Assembly (NCBI GenBank): GCA_017533425.1
Contig: JAFXIE010000046.1
Location: 1 to 45,403 of the forward strand
DNA: 45,403 nt
Reading direction: 5' to 3'
DNA from: Clostridia bacterium
GTDB lineage: Bacteria; Bacillota; Clostridia; Oscillospirales; QAMX01
Shown: positions 1 through 7,896 of the stretch, piece by piece
Layout: every line of letters begins with the position of its first letter
Numbering within the stretch: position 1 is the first letter of the stretch
The notes under the pieces: model-generated
What the model saw: only the letters and a program-made list of their open reading frames with translations
The model's database searches: none
What the model was told of the DNA's origin: nothing
Program-made: the position numbers and the translations under genes

Positions 1-504
1 CTGGACGAGGCCACCGATCCCTGGGGCATCAAGGTCAACCGTGTGGAGCTGAAAAACATCCTCCCTCCCAGAGAGATCCAGGATGCCATGGAAAAGCAGA
101 TGAAGGCCGAGCGCGAACGCCGTGAGGCCATCCTCATCGCCGAGGGTGAGAAGCGCAGCGCCATTCTCCGCGCCGAAGGCCAGAAGGAATCCAAGATCCT
201 TGCCGCCGAGGCCGACAAGCAGGCCGCCATTCTCCAGGCGGAGGCAGTTAAAGAGGCCACCATCCGCGAGGCAGAGGGCCGCGCCGAGGCAATCTTTACC
301 GTCCAGAAGGCCACAGCCGAGGGCTACAAGCTCTTAAACGAGGCAAATCCCTCCGACCGGGTTCTCACCCTTAAGAGCTTTGAGGCCTTTGAGAAGGCCG
401 CCGACGGAAAGGCCACCAAGATCATCATTCCCTCGGAAATTCAGTCCCTTGGCGGACTTGCCGCCGCTCTGAAGGAAACCATTTCCGAAAAAGATCCCGA
501 GTAA
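1..504 (+). CDS. SPFH/band 7 (stomatin/QmcA-like) membrane protein, 5'-truncated by window edge
   Basis: Frame is open from base 1 ([39 protein letters not shown]), the typical SPFH coiled-coil region. Confidence 0.9.
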   Translation: MDEATDPWGIKVNRVELKNILPPREIQDAMEKQMKAERERREAILIAEGEKRSAILRAEGQKESKILAAEADKQAAILQAEAVKEATIREAEGRAEAIFTVQKATAEGYKLLNEANPSDRVLTLKSFEAFEKAADGKATKIIIPSEIQSLGGLAAALKETISEKDPE

Positions 505-511
505 GGACACC

Positions 512-547
512 GCGGGGCAGAAAAGTTACCTCTGCCCCGCTTTTTTT
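512..547 (+). terminator. Rho-independent terminator
   Basis: gcggggcaga/tctgccccgc stem followed by T7. Confidence 0.85.
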
Positions 548-559
548 GTGAAAAAGGTA

Positions 560-588
560 TTGACAGGCGAAGGTTTTGGTGGTATAAT
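560..588 (+). promoter_or_regulatory. sigma-A promoter of the infC operon
   Basis: TTGACA-17 bp-TATAAT with TG extended -10. Confidence 0.9.
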
Positions 589-602
589 ACTTGCCGTTAC
601 AT

Positions 603-732
603 GGAAGTAGGACTTACAGCCTGTCCTCACCACTCCCGCCACGACGCGGGAAGGTTAATACGGAAGCCGCAGATCCTCGGATTTCGGCGCTGTATGTTGA
701 GCACGGGCAAAGGTCCGTGCGTTTTTTATTTT
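603..732 (+). ncRNA. Ribosomal protein L20 leader (autogenous attenuator)
   Basis: 5' UTR of infC-rpmI-rplT. GAAGTAG...CTCACC resembles the Firmicute L20 leader core. It ends in a terminator (gcacgggc-aaag-gtccgtgc-T run) just before the RBS. Confidence 0.75.
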
Positions 733-749
733 GACGGAGGTGTTTTCCT

Positions 750-1268
750 ATCAGCAAACTCGAACATCAGATCAACGGTGAAATCCGCGACAGCGAAGTC
801 CGTTTGATCGCAGCCGACGGTTCCCAGTTTGGCGTTGTGGCCATCGCCCGCGCCCGTGAGCTGGCCGATGAAGCCGGTCTTGATCTCGTGAAGATCGCGC
901 CCACCGCGCAGCCCCCCGTTTGCAAGATCATGGATTACGGTAAATTCCGCTTTGAGCAGCAGAAGCGCGAAAAGGAAGCCAAAAAGAACCAGAAGGTCGT
1001 TGAGATCAAGCAGGTTCAGCTCTCCCTCGGCATCGCCGAGCACGATCTGGCTGTCAAGCAGAAGCGCACCGTTGGCTTCCTCCAGGAAGGCAACAAGGTC
1101 AAGGTAGTCGTCCGCTTCCGCGGCCGTGAGATGGCTCACACCGACATGGGACTGGATGTGCTCAATGACTTTGCCGCAAGATGCGAAGACTGTGCTGTTA
1201 TCGAAAAGGCAGCAAAGCTCGAGGGCCGCAACATGTCCATGTTCCTCGCGCCGAAGTCCGCCAAGTAA
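750..1268 (+). CDS. infC: Translation initiation factor IF-3 (non-canonical ATC start)
   Basis: IF-3 motifs (DLVKIAPTAQPPVCKIMDYGKF, KVVVRFRGRE). GGAGG at 736-740 precedes an in-frame ATC at 750, adding the conserved INGEIR..EVRLI. Confidence 0.95.
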   Translation: MSKLEHQINGEIRDSEVRLIAADGSQFGVVAIARARELADEAGLDLVKIAPTAQPPVCKIMDYGKFRFEQQKREKEAKKNQKVVEIKQVQLSLGIAEHDLAVKQKRTVGFLQEGNKVKVVVRFRGREMAHTDMGLDVLNDFAARCEDCAVIEKAAKLEGRNMSMFLAPKSAK

Positions 1269-1307
1269 ATCTTCCCCACTGTAAATCAATTAAAGGAGTA
1301 TAGAACA

Positions 1308-1505
1308 ATGCCCAAGATGAAAACTCACAGCGCTTCTGCCAAGCGGTTCATCATCACCAAGTCCGGCCGCATCAAGCGCGCACACGCCTACAAGAATCAC
1401 ATCCTCAACAAGAAGAGCACCAAGCGTAAGAGAAACCTCCGGCAGACCGTTATGACCGACGAGACCAATCTCATCGCCGTCAAGCGCATGCTGCCCTACG
1501 CGTAA
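1308..1505 (+). CDS. rpmI: 50S ribosomal protein L35
   Basis: [14 protein letters not shown]...; synteny with infC and rplT. Confidence 0.98.
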   Translation: MPKMKTHSASAKRFIITKSGRIKRAHAYKNHILNKKSTKRKRNLRQTVMTDETNLIAVKRMLPYA

Positions 1506-1536
1506 TTGCTTAAGAAGAATTAGGAGGTAAATAATC

Positions 1537-1890
1537 ATGGCAAGAATCAAAGCCGCAATGATGACCCGCAAGAGAAGAAAGAAGATCCTCAAGCTCGCGA
1601 AGGGCTACTGGGGTTCCAAGTCCAAGCACTTTAAGATGGCCAACCAGGCTGTCATGAAGTCCCTGACCTATGCTTATGTCGGCCGCAAGCTCCGCAAACG
1701 CAATTTCCGCAGCCTGTGGATCACCCGCATCTCCGCTGCTGCCAAGCTCAACGGCATGAACTATTCCACCTTCATCAACGGTCTGAAGAAGGCCGGCATC
1801 GCCCTGGACCGCAAGATCCTCGCCGATATGGCTGTCAACGACGCCGCCGGTTTCGCTTCCCTCGTTGAGAAGGCAAAGGCCGCTCTCTAA
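1537..1890 (+). CDS. rplT: 50S ribosomal protein L20
   Basis: [41 protein letters not shown]. Confidence 0.98.
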   Translation: MARIKAAMMTRKRRKKILKLAKGYWGSKSKHFKMANQAVMKSLTYAYVGRKLRKRNFRSLWITRISAAAKLNGMNYSTFINGLKKAGIALDRKILADMAVNDAAGFASLVEKAKAAL

Positions 1891-1902
1891 GATTCACTGG
1901 TT

Positions 1903-1948
1903 AAAAGCAGCGCATACTTATCATTTCTCAAGTATGCGCTACTTTTTT
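1903..1948 (+). terminator. Rho-independent terminator after rplT
   Basis: agcgcatactt/aagtatgcgct stem plus T6. Confidence 0.8.
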
Positions 1949-1979
1949 CAAACATTCACCACGAAAGGAATTCATAATC

Positions 1980-2138
1980 ATGGTATATGTCTGTGACGTC
2001 TGTGGCTGGACCTATGATGAGGATCTCGGCGACGAGGAGTGCGGCATCGAGGCCGGCACCCGTTGGGAAGATATCCCCGAGGATTTCGAGTGCCCCGTCT
2101 GCTCTGTCGGTAAGGAAGAGTTCTCTCCCGAAGAGTAA
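1980..2138 (+). CDS. Rubredoxin (52 aa, absent from the ORF track)
   Basis: Manual translation MVYVCDVCGWTYDEDLGDEECGIEAGTRWEDIPEDFECPVCSVGKEEFSPEE shows two CxxC knuckles. AAAGGA RBS upstream. Confidence 0.95.
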   Translation: MVYVCDVCGWTYDEDLGDEECGIEAGTRWEDIPEDFECPVCSVGKEEFSPEE

Positions 2139-2150
2139 GCCAATGTATGC

Positions 2151-2186
2151 AAAGCGACCTGTCCAGTCGGACAGGTCGCTTTTTTT
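2151..2186. terminator. Bidirectional terminator
   Basis: aaagcgacctgtcc/ggacaggtcgcttt inverted repeat between convergent genes. Confidence 0.85.
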
Positions 2187-2715
2187 ACTTATGCGCTTTT
2201 AAGTGCCGCCGCAGTGCCGCAAAGAATTCGCGCTCGCCCTTCTCGGCGAGCAATGTAAGGAACTTCTCAATATCCCGCATGGTGTCGGGATGGGCCTCCA
2301 CATGTCCCTTCTCGCGCTCCCAGTACTCCAGGGCGCTGCGATCGGTGTAATTTTTGCCCTGGTAGACCTTGCTTGCAGACACGCGGTCACACATCATCTC
2401 CGCAAAATAGACCGGCGGCATGGGAACCGGACAATATTTGCCCTTCTCGGGCATAAAATCCGTCCAATACTCGAAATGGTGGCGGTTCCGGCCTTTATGA
2501 TGCATCCAGGCCTCCGAAAAGCCCTTGACCTCGCGTTCCCGGGCGTTGGGGCTTCGGGTACCCTGATAGTGGCGGGCTCCTTCAAGGAATTCCGTCGGGC
2601 TGTACTTGGAAAGATCATGCATCAGCCCCCGCCAGGGAATGCCGGCGCGGAAGCAGTTATACATGGTTTTATGCCGGTGTCTGGTGATGGTCAGAAAATG
2701 GCGCCAGATATGCAT
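2185..2715 (-). CDS. DUF5662-like HD-fold hypothetical protein
   Basis: HDLSKYSPTEF, AWMHHKGRNRHHFEYW and EMMCDR motifs. Confidence 0.75.
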   Translation of the reverse strand: MHIWRHFLTITRHRHKTMYNCFRAGIPWRGLMHDLSKYSPTEFLEGARHYQGTRSPNAREREVKGFSEAWMHHKGRNRHHFEYWTDFMPEKGKYCPVPMPPVYFAEMMCDRVSASKVYQGKNYTDRSALEYWEREKGHVEAHPDTMRDIEKFLTLLAEKGEREFFAALRRHLKAHK

Positions 2716-2745
2716 AGGTATACCAGCCTCCGCAAAAGAATTGAA

Positions 2746-3732
2746 TTACAGCAGGGATGCGCGAAGCTCCTCCGGGGATAAGGGGCTCAAATCCGCCGGG
2801 GCGATATCAAACATAGTTTTTCCGCCCGTCTCACCACGCAAAGAGAGCTTGTGGACTGCGCGGGCAACGGCAGCAATGACACCGGCGGTGAACTCCGGGT
2901 TGGAATCAAGCTTCAGGCTGTACTCGATGAGATGACGATGCTCGCCCTCCCAGCCGGATTTGCCGGAGCGGATGACAAAGCCGCCGTGGGGAATGCCGGA
3001 ATGGTCGCGGCGCAGCTCCTCCAGGGAGATGAAATGCACCGTGGTATCATAATCGGCAAAATAATTGGGCATGGTGACGATCTCGCGCTCGATGCGGTCA
3101 AGGTCTGCCCCATCCTCCGCCACAACAAAGCACTCACGCAGGTGCTTTTCCCGGGTGGAAAGGTCAGGCTCCTCCCCTGCGCGCACACGCGCCAGGGCAT
3201 CCTCCACGGGAATGGTGTACTGGCGGGCATCCACAACGCCTTCTATGCGGCGGATGGCATCAGAATGCCCCTGGCTGACGCCCTTGCCCCAGAAGGTATA
3301 ATCCTTACCCGCAGGCAGAATCGCGCCGGCATACAGACGCGCAAGAGAGAACATTCCGGGATCCCAGCCGCAGGAAATGACTGCCACATGGCCGCCCTCC
3401 CGTGCCGCCGCATCCACGCTGGCGAAATGCTCCGGGATCTTTGCATGGGTGTCAAAGGAATCCACCACATTGAAATGGCGGGCATATTCCGGCGTCTGCC
3501 GGGGAAGATCGGTGGCGCTGCCGCCGCAGAGAATGAGAACATCGATCTCATCCTTATATTTAAGCACATCCTCCGCCGAATAGACGGGCACACCGGGGGT
3601 TAAAATGCGGACAGAGGCCGGATCTCTGCGGGAAAAGACACAAGAAAGCTCCAGATCCTCATTATAACGAATGGCACATTCGATGCCGCGGCCAAGATTG
3701 CCGTAGCCCATGATGCCAATACGAACAGACAT
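2746..3732 (-). CDS. ddh: meso-diaminopimelate dehydrogenase
   Basis: GYGNLG, CGGSATDL, DSFDTHA, GWDPG, TFWGKGVSQGHSDA, SNPEFTA. Confidence 0.95.
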   Translation of the reverse strand: MSVRIGIMGYGNLGRGIECAIRYNEDLELSCVFSRRDPASVRILTPGVPVYSAEDVLKYKDEIDVLILCGGSATDLPRQTPEYARHFNVVDSFDTHAKIPEHFASVDAAAREGGHVAVISCGWDPGMFSLARLYAGAILPAGKDYTFWGKGVSQGHSDAIRRIEGVVDARQYTIPVEDALARVRAGEEPDLSTREKHLRECFVVAEDGADLDRIEREIVTMPNYFADYDTTVHFISLEELRRDHSGIPHGGFVIRSGKSGWEGEHRHLIEYSLKLDSNPEFTAGVIAAVARAVHKLSLRGETGGKTMFDIAPADLSPLSPEELRASLL

Positions 3733-3765
3733 AAAAACTCACTCCTTAGCTTCGATTGCACATTT

Positions 3766-3850
3766 ATTATACCACGCGGATTCCTGCGGCACAACACTTT
3801 TTTTGCCGGGAAGGCCCGCACTTGACAGCATCACAATCATTTAGTAAACT
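3766..3850. promoter_or_regulatory. Divergent sigma-A promoters for ddh (-) and the chromate transporters (+)
   Basis: Minus strand: TTGTGC-17-TATAAT with TG (3794-3766). Plus strand: TTGACA-17-TAAACT (3822-3850). Confidence 0.65.
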
Positions 3851-3887
3851 ATACGGAGATAAAAAATGCGAAGGGAGCCTGTGAATT

Positions 3888-4445
3888 TTGCTCTGGAAAC
3901 TCTTTTTAACCTTCTTTAAGATCGGCGCCTTCACCTTTGGCGGCGGCTATGCCATGATCTCTCAGATCCGTGAGGTCGTGGTGGAGAAAAACGGCTGGAT
4001 CTCCGATGATGAGCTCACGGAGATCATCACCGTCGCAGAATCCACTCCCGGTCCCATCGCCATCAACATGGCCACCTATGTGGGCTACAAAAAGAAGGGT
4101 GTTCTCGGCAGCGCCTGTGCAACCCTCGGCGTTGTTCTCCCCTCCTTTTTGATCATTCTTGCCATTTCCTATTTTCTCGAGGCCTTCATGGCCAACAAAT
4201 ATGTGGCCTACGCCTTCACCGGCATCCGCGTGGCCGTTGCCTTCCTCATTATGCGCGCTGCCGCCGGTATGTTTAAGAAGATGAAGAAAAAGCCTCTGCC
4301 CTGCATTCTTTTTGGGCTCGTCTTTGCCGCAATGATCGCCATGGAGCTCTTTGCTGTCTCCGCAAGCCCTGTCTTCTTTATCCTTGGCGGCGGCGCGGTC
4401 GGCATCATCGCCTATGCCGCCCTGCCCGGAAAGGAGGAGCGCTGA
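3888..4445 (+). CDS. Short-chain chromate transporter (CHR family), subunit 1
   Basis: FFKIGAFTFGGGYAM...ESTPGPIAINMATYVG. TTG start. Confidence 0.92.
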   Translation: MLWKLFLTFFKIGAFTFGGGYAMISQIREVVVEKNGWISDDELTEIITVAESTPGPIAINMATYVGYKKKGVLGSACATLGVVLPSFLIILAISYFLEAFMANKYVAYAFTGIRVAVAFLIMRAAAGMFKKMKKKPLPCILFGLVFAAMIAMELFAVSASPVFFILGGGAVGIIAYAALPGKEER

Positions 4446-4446
4446 T

Positions 4447-5040
4447 ATGGCATTTATTCTGAAGCTTCTCTACATCTTCTGGGAATTCTTCCAGATCGGG
4501 CTTTTCACCTTCGGCGGCGGCTTTGCCATGATCCCTCTGGTCAAGGAAACGGTGCTTTCCAACAACTGGCTGACCGAGGCCGATTTCTACAGCTTTATCG
4601 GTGTCTGTGAGTCCACCCCCGGCCCCATCGCCATTAACATGGCCACCTATGTCGGCGCATCCCAGGCCGGTCCCCTCGGCTCGGTGTTTGCAACCCTCGG
4701 CGTTGTGCTTCCCTCCTTCATCATCATTCTGCTCATTGCGGCGCTGCTCAAGGGACTGACGGAGACCAAATGGTTCAAGGGCTTTCTTTCCGGCGCCCAG
4801 CCAGTCATTACGGCGCTGCTTCTTTCCACCGGACTTGTGATGCTTGCCAAAGCCCTCGGATATGGCGGAAATTTTGCCTTCACGCCAAATTATGAGGGTC
4901 TGGTGATCTTCGCCCTGCTGCTGGCAATTGTCGGCGCAGCGAAGAAGTTTTTCAAAAAGAAGCTCTCCTCCATCCAGCTGATCCTCATCTCCGCCGTGCT
5001 TGGCATCGCGGTGTGCATGATCGGCGAAGTTCTCAAATAG
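4447..5040 (+). CDS. Short-chain chromate transporter (CHR family), subunit 2
   Basis: FFQIGLFTFGGGFAM...ESTPGPIAINMATYVG. ATG at 4447 after GGAGG. Confidence 0.92.
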   Translation: MAFILKLLYIFWEFFQIGLFTFGGGFAMIPLVKETVLSNNWLTEADFYSFIGVCESTPGPIAINMATYVGASQAGPLGSVFATLGVVLPSFIIILLIAALLKGLTETKWFKGFLSGAQPVITALLLSTGLVMLAKALGYGGNFAFTPNYEGLVIFALLLAIVGAAKKFFKKKLSSIQLILISAVLGIAVCMIGEVLK

Positions 5041-5046
5041 AGCTTC

Positions 5047-5099
5047 AAAAAAAGCAACAGGCAGCACAGCCATTTCGACGCTGTGCTGCCTGTGATTTT
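5047..5099. terminator. Bidirectional terminator
   Basis: acaggcagcacagc/gctgtgctgcctgt stem flanked by A and T runs. Confidence 0.8.
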
Positions 5100-5634
5100 A
5101 TACGGATGATCCCATGAGCTGCCGGTAGAGTCTGTTCATAAGATTCGTCAGGGGCAGAATGAGCAATCCGCCTACAAGGTTTCCGATCCCGTGGGTAATG
5201 TCATAGCCGATGCCCGAGGCGATCCAGGCCAGGGGGCTGACCCCCAGCAAGGTTGCTGTCAGAGGAGCTCCGAGGACTCCGAACAGAAGCCCGTGCACGC
5301 CGGAGACCGCCGGATAGACCACAGCCTTCAGCGCCGTCGGCATCTTTTTGGGCAGAATCATCACCGCGGCCCAAAGGAGGGCCCACGCATAAAGATAGGG
5401 TGCCCAGTAGGGCGAAAAGCCAAAATACAGCCCATCCAGAAACACAAAAATATAGATGGGGATCAGCGCCTTCCAGCGGAAGGTCAGCGTGAAGACAACG
5501 ATCAGAGTGCCGATGAGATGTATATTCGGAAGCACTGCCATCAGCACCACGGAAACAAACATGATCACGCCAAGCATCGGGAAGAGCACCAACTCCCGAA
5601 GAAGCAGCCGCTTGCTGCCGGCACTATTTTTCAT
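5098..5634 (-). CDS. ECF-type S component, CbrT-like (probable cobalamin uptake)
   Basis: About 178 aa, about 6 hydrophobic segments, LPNIH motif and 'SGIGYDITHGIGN' end. Downstream of a cobalamin riboswitch. Confidence 0.7.
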   Translation of the reverse strand: MKNSAGSKRLLLRELVLFPMLGVIMFVSVVLMAVLPNIHLIGTLIVVFTLTFRWKALIPIYIFVFLDGLYFGFSPYWAPYLYAWALLWAAVMILPKKMPTALKAVVYPAVSGVHGLLFGVLGAPLTATLLGVSPLAWIASGIGYDITHGIGNLVGGLLILPLTNLMNRLYRQLMGSSV

Positions 5635-6058
5635 ACACAAAGCGATATGTCGCCGCGGAATCAATGGGGGTCGCATCCGCGCCGGTCAGCGCGTATTGCC
5701 CGTCGATATAAAATGCCCAGTAAGCCTTATCCAGGGTATAATCCGCCCGGATGCCGTTGACCTTTTTGATGTAGATTCCATGCTCGCTATCGTCCCCTTC
5801 GATGAGCTTATGCTCCAGAAGCGCCTCACCGACGGTCTCTTTATCGGTATGCACCGTAAAGGTGACCGACTGATCCTCAAGCACGACCTCCACCTTTACG
5901 GTTTTCGCGCCGCTGCCGAATTCTGCATCCTTGCTGTAGGCAGCACTTTCCCACAGGCCATCGTCAATCCCCTTCTCCGCACAGGCGGTAAGGCAAAGAA
6001 GCAGGGATAGCGCAAGTACAAGAGACATCGCCGAGATTACAATTCTTTTCATCATCAT
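5624..6058 (-). CDS. DUF4430-like lipoprotein (probable B12-binding)
   Basis: Lipobox LTAC. 'GIYIKKVNG..AD...YWAFYIDGQYALTGAD' fits the DUF4430/transcobalamin C-terminal-like pattern. Confidence 0.75.
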   Translation of the reverse strand: MMMKRIVISAMSLVLALSLLLCLTACAEKGIDDGLWESAAYSKDAEFGSGAKTVKVEVVLEDQSVTFTVHTDKETVGEALLEHKLIEGDDSEHGIYIKKVNGIRADYTLDKAYWAFYIDGQYALTGADATPIDSAATYRFVYEK

Positions 6059-6084
6059 TTCTTCCTTTCTGATTTCAAAAGGAT

Positions 6085-6115
6085 AAAGCAAAAGCACCCT
6101 CCATGGAGGGTGCTC
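6085..6115 (-). terminator. Riboswitch expression-platform terminator
   Basis: agcaccctccatggagggtgct palindrome followed by TTTGCTTT on the minus strand, upstream of the lipoprotein start. Confidence 0.7.
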
Positions 6116-6195
6116 AAAATATGCACAGCAGACGAAAGGGGAACATACCCCCCTCTTAGAATGCACATCTCCCCCATTTGCCCAAGGAAACTTCT

Positions 6196-6326
6196 ACGCA
6201 TCGCAGACCGATGAGCATTCCGACTTGACCTGACTTCCTGCAGGAGTTACGGTAATGGCTGTTGCCGCGGACTTTCACCGCGATTTCCTCATCCCCGGAC
6301 GGGGAATTTCCCGCCCGACAACGCAA
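6196..6326 (-). ncRNA. Cobalamin riboswitch
   Basis: Minus strand reads GAGGAAA-TCGCGGTGAAAGTCCGCGG-CAACAGCCATTACCGTAA...AAGTCGGAA, matching the cobalamin riboswitch core and B12 box. Context is B12 uptake. Confidence 0.8.
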
Positions 6327-6370
6327 AAATAGATTTGTGATGATCTGCGTTTATTCTTTTGTACGGTTAA

Positions 6371-6399
6371 AATATACCACATCCGGCGGGAAAAATCAA
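6371..6399 (-). promoter_or_regulatory. sigma-A promoter for the riboswitch transcript
   Basis: TTGATT-17-TATATT with TG, overlapping the MATE stop codon. Confidence 0.6.
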
Positions 6400-7781
6400 C
6401 CCTCCAGCTTTGCGGGATCGATGCGCTTGAGCCATTTTCCGCTGTGCAGGCGGAAAATGCACCAGATGCTCTTGATGACCTGGTCAATTTTCAGGAAGGT
6501 GTAGATCCAGAAGGCCGGCCAGTGAAAAACAAGCCCGGCAAGATAACCCAGGGGGATGGATGCAACCCACAGGAAGAGAATGTCTCCGGCCATGAGAAAG
6601 CGCGTATCTCCGCCGGCGCGCAGAACGCCCTTGGTCAGAATGGAGGCCAGGGACTGGAAGATGACGATGATGAGAATGGCATTCATCAGCTCATCGGCAA
6701 TGGCTCTTGCCTCGTCAGAGACCTTATAGTAGTTGATGATGGGATCCTTCAGCACAAAGATCACCAGCGCGGCAAAGATTCCGATGATGATGCCGAGGAA
6801 GATGAAGGTGTAGCCCTGGCGCTGGGCTTTTTTATAGTCCCCGCGTCCCATGGTGTGACCGGTGATGATGCCGCTGGCATTGGAAATGCCCTGGGTCAGG
6901 ACGCTGGAGAGCTGCTGGACGACCACCGTGACGGAATTTGCCGCCACAAAGGCCTGTCCGATGTGCCCCATAACCATGGCAACGGCGTTATTTCCCAGAG
7001 CCAGAAGCCCATCGGAAATGAGCACCGGGATGCTGACGCGCACATATTCCCGCAAAAGATCTCTGGCTCGGCCAAAGAAATCGCGGATGCGATAGCCAAT
7101 GCGCCGATCCACCACAATGAAATAGCCGCAGATGAAGACGAGCTCAAAAATACGGGCAATCAGGGTTCCCAGGGCGGCGCCTTCGATTTCCATGCGGGGC
7201 GCGCCGAGCTTCCCGAAGATAAAGACCCAGTTTGCAAACACATTGACAAAAAATGCGATGATGGAGCATACGAGAGGGATGCGAACCTGCCCCACCGTGC
7301 GCAGCACAATGGTGCAGGTCAGGGTAAGGCCTGTGCAGAGATAGGTGGGGATCATCCAGCGCAGGTAGAGAACTCCGTACCGGATGATTTCGGCCTCATC
7401 GGAATAAATTCGCATGATCAGCCCCGGAGCAAGCACCGTCGCCAGGGTAAAGACGGCGACAAAGCACAGGCAGATGCGCAGCATCAGGGTGATGCTCTTC
7501 TTCAGGCTGGGGATTTCCTTCATGCCCCAGAAGCGGCTGGTCAGCACAGATGCGCCCATGCCGATGCCCATGCAGAAGATCATAAAGAGGTTGATAAACT
7601 GTCCCGCAAGGGAGGATGCGGAAAGCTGGGCATCTCCCATGGAGGAAAGCATGACCGTATCCGCAAGGTTGATGCCGACGGTGATGAGAGACTGCAGGGA
7701 AACGGGAACGGCAATACGTACCATGGTTTTATAGAGCTCCCGGTCTCCGAGATAATCCCGCAGGCGAAATGTATCCGACAT
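6396..7781 (-). CDS. MATE family efflux transporter
   Basis: 12-TM pattern, NLADTVML, NWVFIFG..GAPRMEIEGAALGT, LRAGGDT. Confidence 0.92.
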   Translation of the reverse strand: MSDTFRLRDYLGDRELYKTMVRIAVPVSLQSLITVGINLADTVMLSSMGDAQLSASSLAGQFINLFMIFCMGIGMGASVLTSRFWGMKEIPSLKKSITLMLRICLCFVAVFTLATVLAPGLIMRIYSDEAEIIRYGVLYLRWMIPTYLCTGLTLTCTIVLRTVGQVRIPLVCSIIAFFVNVFANWVFIFGKLGAPRMEIEGAALGTLIARIFELVFICGYFIVVDRRIGYRIRDFFGRARDLLREYVRVSIPVLISDGLLALGNNAVAMVMGHIGQAFVAANSVTVVVQQLSSVLTQGISNASGIITGHTMGRGDYKKAQRQGYTFIFLGIIIGIFAALVIFVLKDPIINYYKVSDEARAIADELMNAILIIVIFQSLASILTKGVLRAGGDTRFLMAGDILFLWVASIPLGYLAGLVFHWPAFWIYTFLKIDQVIKSIWCIFRLHSGKWLKRIDPAKLEG

Positions 7782-7841
7782 AGCCAAACAAGACCTTTCA
7801 ATTAAAATCGCAATTGCAGATATTATAGCAAATGTTGCCGT

Positions 7842-7880
7842 AAAAAGAAAGACACTCCGGGGAAAAAGCCCCGGAGTGTT
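7842..7880 (-). terminator. Terminator after the GGDEF-EAL gene
   Basis: gacactccgggg/ccccggagtgtt stem with a T run on the minus strand. Confidence 0.7.
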
Positions 7881-7896
7881 GATGATTTCTATGTTG

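Noticed and set aside
1987-2202. 71 aa ORF from the track
   Set aside because: Wrong frame. The real gene is the overlapping rubredoxin at 1980-2138.
3733-3800. Lysine riboswitch upstream of ddh
   Set aside because: The predicted promoter is only about 30 nt from the start codon, leaving no room, and no aptamer motifs are visible.
3888-5040. Recent tandem duplication of a chromate transporter
   Set aside because: Paired short-chain CHR genes are the normal heterodimeric arrangement, and the two copies are well diverged.
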